Source: Podarcis tiliguerta (Eukaryota). Taken from it: a DNA stretch of 64,000 nucleotides. The DNA lies in NCBI GenBank assembly GCA_965153285.1, contig OZ229112.1; one strand, written 5' to 3'. The notes under the pieces were generated by a model. The model was not told where the DNA came from and made no database searches. It saw only the letters and a list, made by a program, of their open reading frames with translations. Numbering within the stretch: position 1 is the first letter of the stretch; each line of letters begins with the position of its first letter. This document shows positions 27,650 through 38,553 of this stretch, piece by piece. The translations under genes and the position numbers were made by a program.

Positions 27650-28339
27650 TTTAAACAAGTACAGTAGTTTAAACAAGTACAGTAGTTAAAATAAACCACA
27701 GTTAACATCTTTGTTCTGGAATCGGTAAGAAGAAGAAAAGTAGGCAGAGTTATGCAACAGAAGAGTTGCTATGGCAATTCCTCTCCGAAGAAGAGCAGGA
27801 TAATTAAAACATAACAAATCCCACAGAATATGTCAGTTCCTTTGCCACTTTACTTATGCTGCTTCGCCCTTCTAGGGCGGTGCTCGGGTCTTATGGCACA
27901 ATTCCCTTTTTCATCCAATGAATGAGCGTTTCTCTCTCGTTTGGTGTACACAGTCTGCAAGTCATCCCTCGAAGCATCACTGTTGTTTTCACATTACAAG
28001 CATTGCATTTTCCAAGATGATGAGGTGAAATGGTAATAGCCTCAGACTGGGACCATGCAATACCAATACTCCCTCTGATAGTTCATTTATTACTACACAG
28101 TGTGGCAGCAACCAAGCCAGTGGTGGGAATGCTCCAGGATCCTTTTAAGAGAAAAACTATGTGGGGAAACACCAGCAAGCTCCTATTCTAGCAAGCCCCT
28201 TCTGTTTCTCAAGCCACCTTTCTTTCCTTAGGCTTCAAGTGTTTGGTTTCGGGCTGTGTGACTCCCTACTATCCAGAACTGGAGCACATCACCCCTGCAT
28301 TTAAATCAGGAAACACTGGTAAGTGGCTGGTCCGCAGCA

Positions 28340-29260
28340 CCCTTCTGTTTTACAATTTAAAACACTCACTTTACATCCTTAAGGTATCAATGACTTCCCT
28401 TCTTCCCTTACCATGGTTCCTTTTACATGTCACAAATCCCTGCATATCTTACAAAAACTATACTATTCAGTATTCCATTATTGCATCCATCAAAACCTGT
28501 TTACACTGTTGAATTTATCTTAATGCTGCCAGCGTTTTCAGCTGTACACAATTATTTCCCAAATGATTAATAAACGTTTTCCAATCTTCTTTAAACGTAT
28601 GTTCTTCTTGTTCTCTTATTCTATATGTTAAGTCTGCAAGTTGTGCATATTCTGTCAACTTAAGTTGACATTCTTCTTTGGTTGGGACCTCACTTGTTTT
28701 CCATTTTGGGGCTAATAAAACTCGGGCTGCAGTAGTGGCATACATAAATAACCTTTTTTGACACCTGGGAATTTCAGTCTGAATTATCCCCAACAGAAAG
28801 GACTCTGGTTTGGGGGGGGGAGTACTTTTAAACATTTTCCCCCAATTCATTATGGATCATTTCCCAATACAGTGGTACATCAGGTTACATACGCTTCAGG
28901 TTACAGACTTTGCTAACCCAGAAATAGTGCTTCAGGTTAAGAACTTTGATTCAGGATGAGAACAGAAATTGGGCTCCGGCGGCGTGGCAGCAGCAGGAGG
29001 CCTTATTAGCTAAAGTGGTGCTTCAGGTTAAGAACAATTTCAGGTTAAGTACGGACCTCTGGAACGAATTAAGTACTTAACCTGAGGTACCACTGTACTC
29101 TTTTACAAGTCCATCACATATGAAAGAACGTTTCCTCCACCTCTTTGTATCTCCAGCACTTACCATATCTGATTCAGATTTATACATCTTAGCAAGCTTA
29201 CTTGGAGTTAAATGCCATCTGAAAATCATTTTCAGGTAGTTCTCCTTCAAAGAATAACCT
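28340..29260 (-). mobile_element. L1-type LINE 3' fragment, split by a MITE
   Basis: KPESFLLGII...LFMYATTAARVLLAPKWK...EYAQLADLT; the upstream part resumes after 29097. Confidence 0.8.
28870..29095. mobile_element. Tc1/mariner MITE
   Basis: TA-cagtggtac...gtaccactg-TA. Confidence 0.92.
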
Positions 29261-30221
29261 CAACCTCAACCTCCAGCCCTCAACATTGGCCCTCCAGATG
29301 TTTTGAGACTACAATTCCCATCATCCCTGACCACTGGTCCTGCTAGCTAGGGATCATGGGAGTTGTAAGCCAAAAACATCTGGAGGGCCAAGGTAGAGGA
29401 AGCCTGAATAACATGCTGTAAACGTCGAGTCACTTTTCCAGAGTTCTCCCCAGAGGTTAAAATCTGTATTGTGCCCTATATACACACTATACATTTAAAG
29501 CACTATCATACCATTTTAAACAGCCAAGACTTCCCTCAAAAAATCCTGGGAACTGTGGCATGTTAAGGGCTTGTTTGAAGACCCCGTTCCCCTCAAAGAG
29601 ATGCAATTTCCAGAGAGGCTTAACAATCAACCCCTCTGATCATAGCACTAAGGGAATTGTAGCTCTGGGAACGAAATAGGGGTGTGCTAACAACTCTCAG
29701 CACCCTTAACAAACTACACCTCCCAGAATTCTTTGAGGGTAGCTGTGACTGTTTGAAGAGGCATGATACTGCTTTAAGTGCAGATGGGGTCAGATTCTAG
29801 CAGTTAATGTAAATGGGAGTACAGCCTAAAAAGTCGAGGAACTGGCCAAAGTGCATATATGCCGTGAATCCTGCCACAGTGGGAGGGGTGCTGCCTTGGG
29901 AAAGGAAACTAATCACAGTGGAAGGTGTGGAGACGCCCACAGTAGCCTTAGCAACCCCATTCACAGCAGACAATACAGAGACAGCTCCCATTTTGGGTGG
30001 CAACCATGCCCATGGCTACCCAGGCACCCAAATATACACCACACCTGCCCCCTACTGCATATCAGCATTTTAAAAAAAACAACGTGGTGGCAATGGCACT
30101 ACAACTGCACATAGATTTCCCACCCACACTGTCACAACCCTGAGATTAAGAGTCTCAAGCTCTCCCGACTGAGCGATTCACAGGGCTCAGTTGGCTTTTA
30201 AGTCTCTGCTAGAAGTCTGTA

Positions 30222-30354
30222 CAGTGGTACCTTGGGTTACATACGCTTCAGGTTACAGACTCCGCTAACCCATGTGGTACCTCAGGTTAAGAACAGTTTC
30301 AGGTTAAGAACGGACCCCCAGAACGAATTAAGTTCTTAACCCGAGGTACCACTG
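30222..30354. mobile_element. Tc1/mariner MITE (internally deleted)
   Basis: TA-cagtggtacc...ggtaccactg-TA. Confidence 0.9.
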
Positions 30355-30375
30355 TATTTTATCATCAAGTCTGTA

Positions 30376-30611
30376 CAGTGGTACCTCGGGTTAAGTACTT
30401 AATTCATTCCGGAGGTCCGTTCTTAACCTGAAACTGTTCTTAACCTGAAGCACCACTTTAGCTAATGGGGCCTCCTGCTGCCACCGCACTGCCGGAGCAC
30501 AATTTCTGCTCTCATCCTGAAGCAAAGTTCTTAACCCGAGGTACTATTTCTGGGTTAGCGGAGTCTGTAACCTGAAGCCTGAGGTACCTGAGGTAACCTG
30601 AGGTACCACTG
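30376..30611. mobile_element. Tc1/mariner MITE, inverted relative to 30222-30354
   Basis: TA-cagtggtacctcggg...gaggtaccactg. Confidence 0.9.
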
Positions 30612-31591
30612 TCTTTAAAAAACAATGCAAATTATTGTCAGAAAATAAAGTTTAGAATATGTTGCCATTATTTAGCCTGGGTGGGGAACCTGTGGTCCTA
30701 GAGGTGTCAGTGCACTAGAGTTCCCATCAGCTCTAGCCAGCATGGTCAGTGGTTAGGCATGAGGGGAGTTGCAGTCCTAAATAAATAAAAAATAAAGAGG
30801 GGCACAGACGCCTCATCCCTGATTTAATCTCAGGCCCAGGATGATCCCAACTCTGATTATTTCCCAGAGCCATCTTTTTTATTATAATACTCCTCTGTTT
30901 TCAGTTCAGCATTGGTCAATTCCATTTACGCAATTTTCTCTTGAAAAGCAAAGAATAGCATTACATGGTGCAAAGCTGATCTTCAAAAATAATTACCCAC
31001 TACACGCAATGGTTTTTGCATCTCCAGTGTCTCTTAATATGACTAGATATCACACTCCGCAACCAAACATCGGGACGACTGACAGGTACTGTGCAAATGA
31101 TTGGAACACTTTGATTAAATAGTAGCTCTCAGGAAACTACTGCAGTTTTATTGCAAAACAAATAATGGGTTTTGTTGCTGTTGTTGTTATTTATCAGAAT
31201 TAAATTTATCTTGCTGCATACATTTTGGAATTTTTGGCCAATTAAAACGTTGAGGCAGATCACAACTGACAAGGAAATTTAACGTGGCTTGACGTCTTTT
31301 AGCCATTTTCTGAATTGTTATAATGGTGGTTTGATTTGCTACGTCTGTGTGATGAAATGGCTCGTTGATGTCTTTCTTCCACTGGTAATGGGTCCTGAAC
31401 TAAAACTCACAAGACACTGTAATCATGCTTTTTATTCCGAATGCATGTCGGCATTGGTTCTGCCGCTGCATCGTAAATCATACGCAAAAGACAAATTGCT
31501 TTGCACTCTGCTGATGGCTGGAAACATATAAAAGATGGAAGTCTCATAACTGAAGACTGCTTCAAACATATTTCCTCCCCACCCCCACTCT

Positions 31592-31908
31592 TGTGGGTGT
31601 ATGCAAAGTGGATAAATGTTATGTATTCAGTGATTTGTGCCTGAGCTTGGACTAAGGATTCTGAGCTCCTGTGTTCTGATTCAATACACAGAACATTTCA
31701 GGATTTGGGCCTCTGCCATTGGCCCTTGAACTCTGAGTCGTGATTCGCAGCTTGGAAGTTTAGACAGCCAATCATGTTGAGAGTGGGAGTAGCCCAGGCT
31801 TTCAGGCATGTATACAAGCAGTAGCTTTACCCCGGTTTCCCAGTTATGTAGTTCAATAAAGGGTCTTGCTGTTATTGCTGTGTCTTGTCTCGTGGGAACC
31901 CGCCTACA
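31592..31908 (+). mobile_element. Possible solo LTR
   Basis: TG...CA with imperfect inverted termini (tgtgggtg / cgcctaca); CCAAT near 31768, TATA-like near 31809, AATAAA at 31855; no clean TSD. Confidence 0.45.
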
Positions 31909-33700
31909 CTTCAGTGAATATTGGGCAAGTTTCTGTTATGATGAAGAGGAGTCTCTTTTCAGTGGTATCCGTGTTTCAGGATGAAGAAACATGCTGGGGA
32001 TGATTCCCTGGCTCTACAAATACTGGCTTCCATTCCTTGGATGTATTTGTAGTGCATATTTCTCCTAATGAACATATTTTTTTAATGCACTTTTGACTCA
32101 GACAATCATTTTGGCAAGCAATTTCCCCATATATATATATATATATATATATGGTGGAATCCAGTGTAGCACTAAGGTGAATGTACCATCAGTGCAAGGA
32201 TTTTCTACTTATGCAATAGAACTTTCTCCCCACCTCCTCACCTCCAAATCTGTTCTAGGGATTCCTCCAACCCTCTGGAGTAGTTTTGGGGAGGGGGTGG
32301 GGCATGTGGGGGTGGGAGAAGGGAAAGTCCCATTGTGCTAGTGGTAGTCATTGCACGGACAGGACATGAATACTGCAGAGCGTATTTTTGTACATTTAAT
32401 CACTAATATTTGCATTTTATACACACTGCTTTGTTGGAGAACTGCATCATAAAAGTATGAATTTTGAAGGATTTTGGTTAGCGTATTGATTTGAAAAAGT
32501 GCAGTTTTTGCATATTCTAATTGAAATGCAAACAAAATCTATTTTCTCCCCCACCCCAGTTCCCCACCCTTCCCCCTCCAGTCATTCAGACTTTACTTAT
32601 GATTAAAAGTAACAATTTGCTACTTCCACACCATAAATGTAAAGCACTATTATACCACTTTAATAGTCATGGCTTCCCCCAAAGCATTATGGGAACTGTA
32701 GTTTATTAAGGGAAATGAGAGTTGTTAGGATACCCTTTTACCCACACAGAGGTACAATTCCCAGTGTTCCCTGGGAAGAGGGACTGGTTGTTAAGCCATT
32801 CTGGGAATTGTAACTCTTTGAAGGGAATAGGGATCCCTTACTTAAAAATATGTGATAGATCTAGAATGTGTAGAAAAAACACACCTATTCACTCTTCATT
32901 GATTCTAGAATAAAATGTATTGTGTACACAGCCCAAGGTTTTTTAGTTGGCTTGTTTCAGTAAACCGTAGCCTGAAGGCTCACCACAGTTTGTCCAGTTT
33001 TTGACATAATGCTAAACTGTGATTAGTTCGAAAAACAGAAGCAAAACCTTGAAATCTCCTTTTCACAGCCCGCCCAGAGAAAGAGAGGGGAGCAGGAGTG
33101 CACAAGCCTAGACTGGCCTAGCTTCATTCATGTCATGATAAATTATAATTTATAGTTACGCCCAGATGCATCCCAAGAGTCACTGAAAGGAATGCCTTAA
33201 AGGAGTGATACCAGGATTCACTTGGCATCCCAAAGATCAGAAGGGAGCAACCCGGTGGAAGCAGATTCCCTCTGGTTCCATTAGCTGATTCCTCAAGACC
33301 CGTAAAGACTATTTGAGTGATAGCCAACTAAGTCATACACAGAGTACACTTATTGACATCAATGGGCTTAAGTTTAATCTTTTGGTTTCAGCAGATTTTT
33401 TCCAAGGATGGCTAACATTGGTTATCACTACTTGTTCTGAAAGCTGACTTCTTTTCAAAATCCCATTCCCTGACTGGAAGACTCCTGGTGTAGAAGGCAG
33501 TATCTCAATTTCCTGTCTTTAACCTCACCATTTCCCAGAAGTATTGTTTCTTTTCAAAGACGAACAGCATTTCAGCCTTACAAGCATTCTCTTTGTATGT
33601 TATGCACAATGACGTTTTGCTCATATATTGCTCCAATTTTTCTATCCATACCGTCACAGTCAGTTCGAAACTGAAGGAAAACCTTCCCCTGAAATGTATA

Positions 33701-33950
33701 CAGTGGTACCTTGGTTCTCGAACTTAATCCGTTCCGGGAGTCCATTCGACTCCCGAAACCATTTGAAAACCAAGGTGTGGCTTACGATTGGCTGCAGGAG
33801 CTTCCTGCACTCAATTGGAAGCTGCAGAAGCCATGTCAGACATTCGGCTTCCGAAAAACGTTTGCAAACGGGAACACTTACTTCTGGGTTTGCGGGGTTT
33901 GGGAGCCAATTTGTTCAACAACTAAGCCGTTCGGTAACCAAGTACCACTG
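33701..33950. mobile_element. Tc1/mariner MITE (second family)
   Basis: TA-cagtggtaccttggtt...aaccaagtaccactg-TA. Confidence 0.9.
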
Positions 33951-34866
33951 TATAGCCGGTGTTTTCTTTGGATGTCAGCAGTGTCATTAATTCTAGAAAT
34001 CAAGCTATAGGAAGACCCTACAATAAGACTTCAGAGGAGTAGGCTTGATGAACCAAAGCTTATTGAATCAATGTTTTAAATTTACTTCTTTTGTGGAAAA
34101 CTATGGATTTGAAAATATTGCAACATCTGATGTCACTGTTCTATTATGTTTTTCCTTAAGTTTCTTGGGAGGTGATTTTGGTCTTTTCTAGGAAATCCAT
34201 CGGTCTTCTCTTGCTACTTTTAACATCTTCCTTTTGTCACCCCGAGGACTGAGTTTCTTCTTACGCCTAAACCATGTTACATACAAGCATGGCTGCATTT
34301 CAAAGCCATCCTACCAAAGAACAAGGCCTCCTTCTTCACGGTCTCTCCTGTATGGTGAGATTTCAACAGCCGTTTTTGCAGTTCTTCCATTGCTTCTGCG
34401 ATAAGTCAAAAGCAGAGTTGTTTTCTTAATGGCAGCAATTTGTGCAGATGGCGTGATGGATGAGGAGACCACACAACGGGATAATGTCAAACTGATATGA
34501 ATATAAATATTGTGTAAACATATTGCATAAGAAAGCAATTGGTTGTTCCTAGCACACGTCCAAATGGAGGCCCTCTCACATTTCTCTGGGTATTCCTCCC
34601 ACCCAGGAAAGCTGGAGGTGGGAAGAGAAAACAGATGTTAACTACAGATCAGAAAAGGGTTTCGAACTATGACAATGAGAGTCTGGATCAGGAAGCTCCT
34701 GTGTATGATAGATCCCAGCCTCAAGTTTCAATCTGGACATTAAAATAAATTAATTAAAAAGCACTGCTGTAAGCTGAGGAAGACTTCTACGCAGTACTGG
34801 GATATTGCCTCATTCAGAAAAGCAAAACGTCTTGCTGAACAATTTACTGGCTGTTATCCAAATCCT

Positions 34867-34922
34867 AGAAGAAGAAGAAGAAGAAGAAGAAGAAGAAGAA
34901 GAAGAAGAAGAAGAAGAAGAAA
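34867..34922. repeat. (GAA)n microsatellite
   Basis: About 18 perfect units. Confidence 0.97.
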
Positions 34923-35804
34923 GAGACCATCACTCAAAAACATCATCATGACTAAAGTGGCTTGCAATAAATTTCCCTGCAGGCAAGCAAAACGTAGCTT
35001 ATTGTTCCTTAAGAACTACCTTAAGTTCCTTAAGAACTACCTTAGCTGGCCACAAAATTCAAGGTGCATGAAAAATAATCTGCATTTGAGACATGAGGGT
35101 GGAGAGAGGTGAGCGCATTTGCCTCCATGTCCCCACCCATTTAAAGGTAGCAAATTGTTAGAGAAGGAAGGAAGAAATCCAAGGAAATCAACCTGTAGGA
35201 ATCCTGCTCACCATAACAACCTGGAAAACAGATGTTTTCCAGTGCAGGCTTGGTGCACAACAGAACATGCCATTAACATTCAACTGCAGAAGCAATTTGG
35301 GCAGAAGATAATCACAGCAACAAGTTAAGGCAATTCCAGGGGAGGATTACTGCCATCAGACCAAGGAGAATGTCAAAGCATTCATAAGAGATGCAAAGAC
35401 TCCTAAGAGATGCATCACTAATCTTGACTCACTGTGGGTGTTTTATTCTAGGGATTAAGGTAGGATTTCAAACCCCCTTTCCCCCTGTCTTCTGCATTAG
35501 TCATCACCCTCCTGCTCCCTGAAGGAACTCTGCCCCTTCTCCCCTGCCTACTTACATCTGTATACTTGGGACTCCATCTCGGAACACCGAAATCTCTTGT
35601 TCCTTTCGCACCTGGCACTATTTTCTGGTGGGATTCAATCACATCTTGGCAAACTCAGGCTGCTCAGTTGAAGCTGATTGGGAGCTCTTGTGCAACAAAC
35701 CCTAATCCCCGCAAATAACTGACTTTTTGCAAGAAGGAAAGTGATTGGGGAATGAACAGCAAATGTGGCAATAACATTCACTTGATAACAAGCAAATTGA
35801 GATA

Positions 35805-36067
35805 CAGTGGTACCTCGCAAGACGAATGCCTCGGAAGACGAAAAACTCGCAAGACGAAAGAGTTTTTCGTTTTCTGAGTTGCTTCGCAAGACGGATTTCC
35901 CTATGGGCTTGCTTCGCAAGACGAAACGTCTTGTGCCTTTTTTTTAAAACCGCCAATGCATTCCTACGGGAAACCGTCAATACGCAGCAGTGCTTCACAA
36001 GACAAAAAAACTCGTAGAACGAAAAAACTCGCAGAACGAATTAATTTCATCTTGCGAGGCACCACTG
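35805..36067. mobile_element. Tc1/mariner MITE (third family)
   Basis: TA-cagtggtacctcgcaagacgaa...ttcatcttgcgaggcaccactg-TA with internal cgcaagacgaa repeats. Confidence 0.9.
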
Positions 36068-36518
36068 TACGTGCTTAATAGTACTGTCTAGCAAACCAGG
36101 CTGCATGCTCGTTAAACAGGCTTTCTGTAAGTAACATGAACAAAGTTTTTGGAGGGAGAACCTGTGGCCCTCAAAATGTGGTTGCACCCCACTGATACCA
36201 TTCCTTACCAATGGCCATGCTAACTGGGGCTGGTGGGATCTACAGTTGACAACAACACACAGGCACCCCATCTTTGGCCTAAGCACACAAAACTAGATTT
36301 GCTCGTGCTAATCTCTTGTCACCCTTGCCTCCCCCAATCTCCCCCTCCTTCAGTTATTGTCCACTCACCAACTCCCGCACAATTTCAATTTAGATCGTAC
36401 ATGGTTTGGGGCAGGGACCTGGCTTTTATTTATATAATGCTACAAACACCCTATGTACATTGATAAAAGGGAAATAAGCTATCATCACGGACACATTGAA
36501 ACTTGTAACTTTTGCTCT

Positions 36519-36910
36519 TGGCACCCATCCGTCTCATGAGACAATGGAGTGCACCTCTGGGGGTGAAGTCAAACCACTGTATTTAGCAGCAGCAAAGTGG
36601 CCTCCCCAGGGCGCAAGCCTGGACTGTATGTATGGAGGTCCTAGGCCGCCTAGACAATAAGACCCCTCCTCAGCCTCACTGATGTGGTCTAAAGGAAAGC
36701 AGAGCAATACATTTGGCACCAGCTTGGCTGAAGGAGTTGCCAGAAGGAGGCATGCAAGGTGCCACCCAACCGCCTTAGGGTCTCCACTCTGGATTTGTGT
36801 AGGGTTTACGCCATAGCCTTTTCTTCTCCTGAAGAAAGGCAGCAGATGTTTAGAATCAGTTTTTCTTTTTCTAGATTGACTACCTTCCCAGGCTGACGAG
36901 CCCAATATGC
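36519..36910 (-). mobile_element. Interspersed repeat, probably derived from an RTE-clade 5'UTR
   Basis: Minus strand begins gggctcgtcagcctgggaaggtagtcaatctagaaaaagaaaaactgattctaaac, resembling the RTE 5'UTR motif as recalled. Confidence 0.45.
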
Positions 36911-38415
36911 TCCTTCCTTCCCTCTAGCATCTGCAGAAACTGCCTTCTTGACTGTTGGATTAGCTATTGGTCTCGTCTGCTCAATCTGCTGGAGCCCGTC
37001 TTTGCATGCAGGGGACTTTCCTAATTCACAGAGGGTTTGAGACCCATTGGCTACACTCACCTAGTTTAGCCAGCCATTTTAAGTCATTCCTGGGGTGTAG
37101 CTGCTGTCGCATGCTGGCAGCCTCCAGGGGGCGCAGGTGAGACTGAGTGCCGGGTGGGGACCAAAGGTGGACAACCCCATCCCTTTTAACACTGTAAGTG
37201 TAAATTCCCCTTTTTACTTTTAGCACTCCTGAGGTTAGAGCAACTGCAGCCCAGGTTTTACTTGGGGCTCACCTGCTTCTCCCTGGGGTGTGTGTGTGTC
37301 TTCATTCACATATTATATGCTAGGAATGTGCAACCTATGTACCTATATGCACAAATAAATAAGCTGTACATTTATAGTTGTTCACATGTAGTCTTCAACA
37401 AGCATTTTAATAAGTTTAATAACTTCCCACTCCTGCTCTCCCAAAGCTATTTTCAAAGCTATGTATTCAAAGAAGGGGAAAAGGTGCGGTTTTTATGATG
37501 AGCTGGCTGATACATTCCTGCCAAATGTCTTGCTGTAAAACAACAAAGCTTACCAAGTGAAAGCAGATTGTTTTTATTATCCAAGTGTGCTTATCTATGC
37601 AACGGTTTTATTGATCTATTATCCCACCCTTCCTTCAAGGAGCATGGCGGGGTGGGGCTGGAGGTTGAGACACTGTGCCTTGCCCCCAAATCATCCTGCA
37701 AACTTAATATCTGAGGAATAATTTGAAACCCAGTAATTTATTCATTTATTTCATTGATACTTCACCTTTCCTCCATGCAGCACATTTCTTGGCTTAGAGT
37801 TTGGAAAGAAATTGCCTTCCTCCTCTCTGTTTGTTTCTAAGCGGATCTCACATATAGTCGTGGTGGGTTGTTTTCTTTCTTTCTTTCTTCCATTTTACAC
37901 CAGCCCCAGGGGCCAAAGAGCTGCTGTTGTTTACTCAACCGTGTTCTCAGCTCCCAGCTACTGACCTCCTCCGATGACTTTCTCCCACTATTGCTGGAAT
38001 CCTTTGCTTGTTGCCTGTTATTTTCTCTTACACCAGGAGACCTCAGGCCTCCAAGGCTATCTGTCAAACACTCAGGACTCTCCCTAGCCACACCCTCTCT
38101 CTCCTTAGGACATGCTCCTAACCAGTGCTGCATCACAAGTGTTTTTCCTCCCCTGGCTGAAATGTGTGTTCGAACCCTGATAATGCCTCCTGCTTGCCTG
38201 GAAAGGTGTGTGAGTGTGTTTAGAAACTAGCCTGATGGACTGAGGTAAAATGTATGTTCATTGCTCGGCCCACTTTCCCCTCAGGCCCTGCCCACCACTG
38301 CCATGCGCTGCCCACCCCCCAGAAGGGAGCCTGGCCTTCGGGGGGGGGATGTCCCTCCCCCACTCTATAGTGTCAGATGCTTCGACCTCTCATCACCTCT
38401 TGCACTTCTTGAGCA

Positions 38416-38553
38416 ACAGCTCAGTCCGTAGAGGCATGAGACACTTACTTTCAGGGTCATGGGTTTGAACCCTATGTTGGGCAAAAAGATTCCTGCATTT
38501 TGCAGGGGGTTGGACTAGATGACCGTCGCGGTCCCTTCCAACTCTACAATTCT
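38416..38553 (+). mobile_element. tRNA-derived SINE with CR1-like 3' tail
   Basis: A box agctcagtccgtag, B box gggtttgaaccc, tail gggttggactagatgacc...cccttccaactctacaattcta. Confidence 0.8.

Noticed and set aside
38416-38490. tRNA gene (also at about 55010 and in the Sauria heads)
   Set aside because: Degenerate A/B boxes run into SINE bodies and LINE-like tails; no complete cloverleaf
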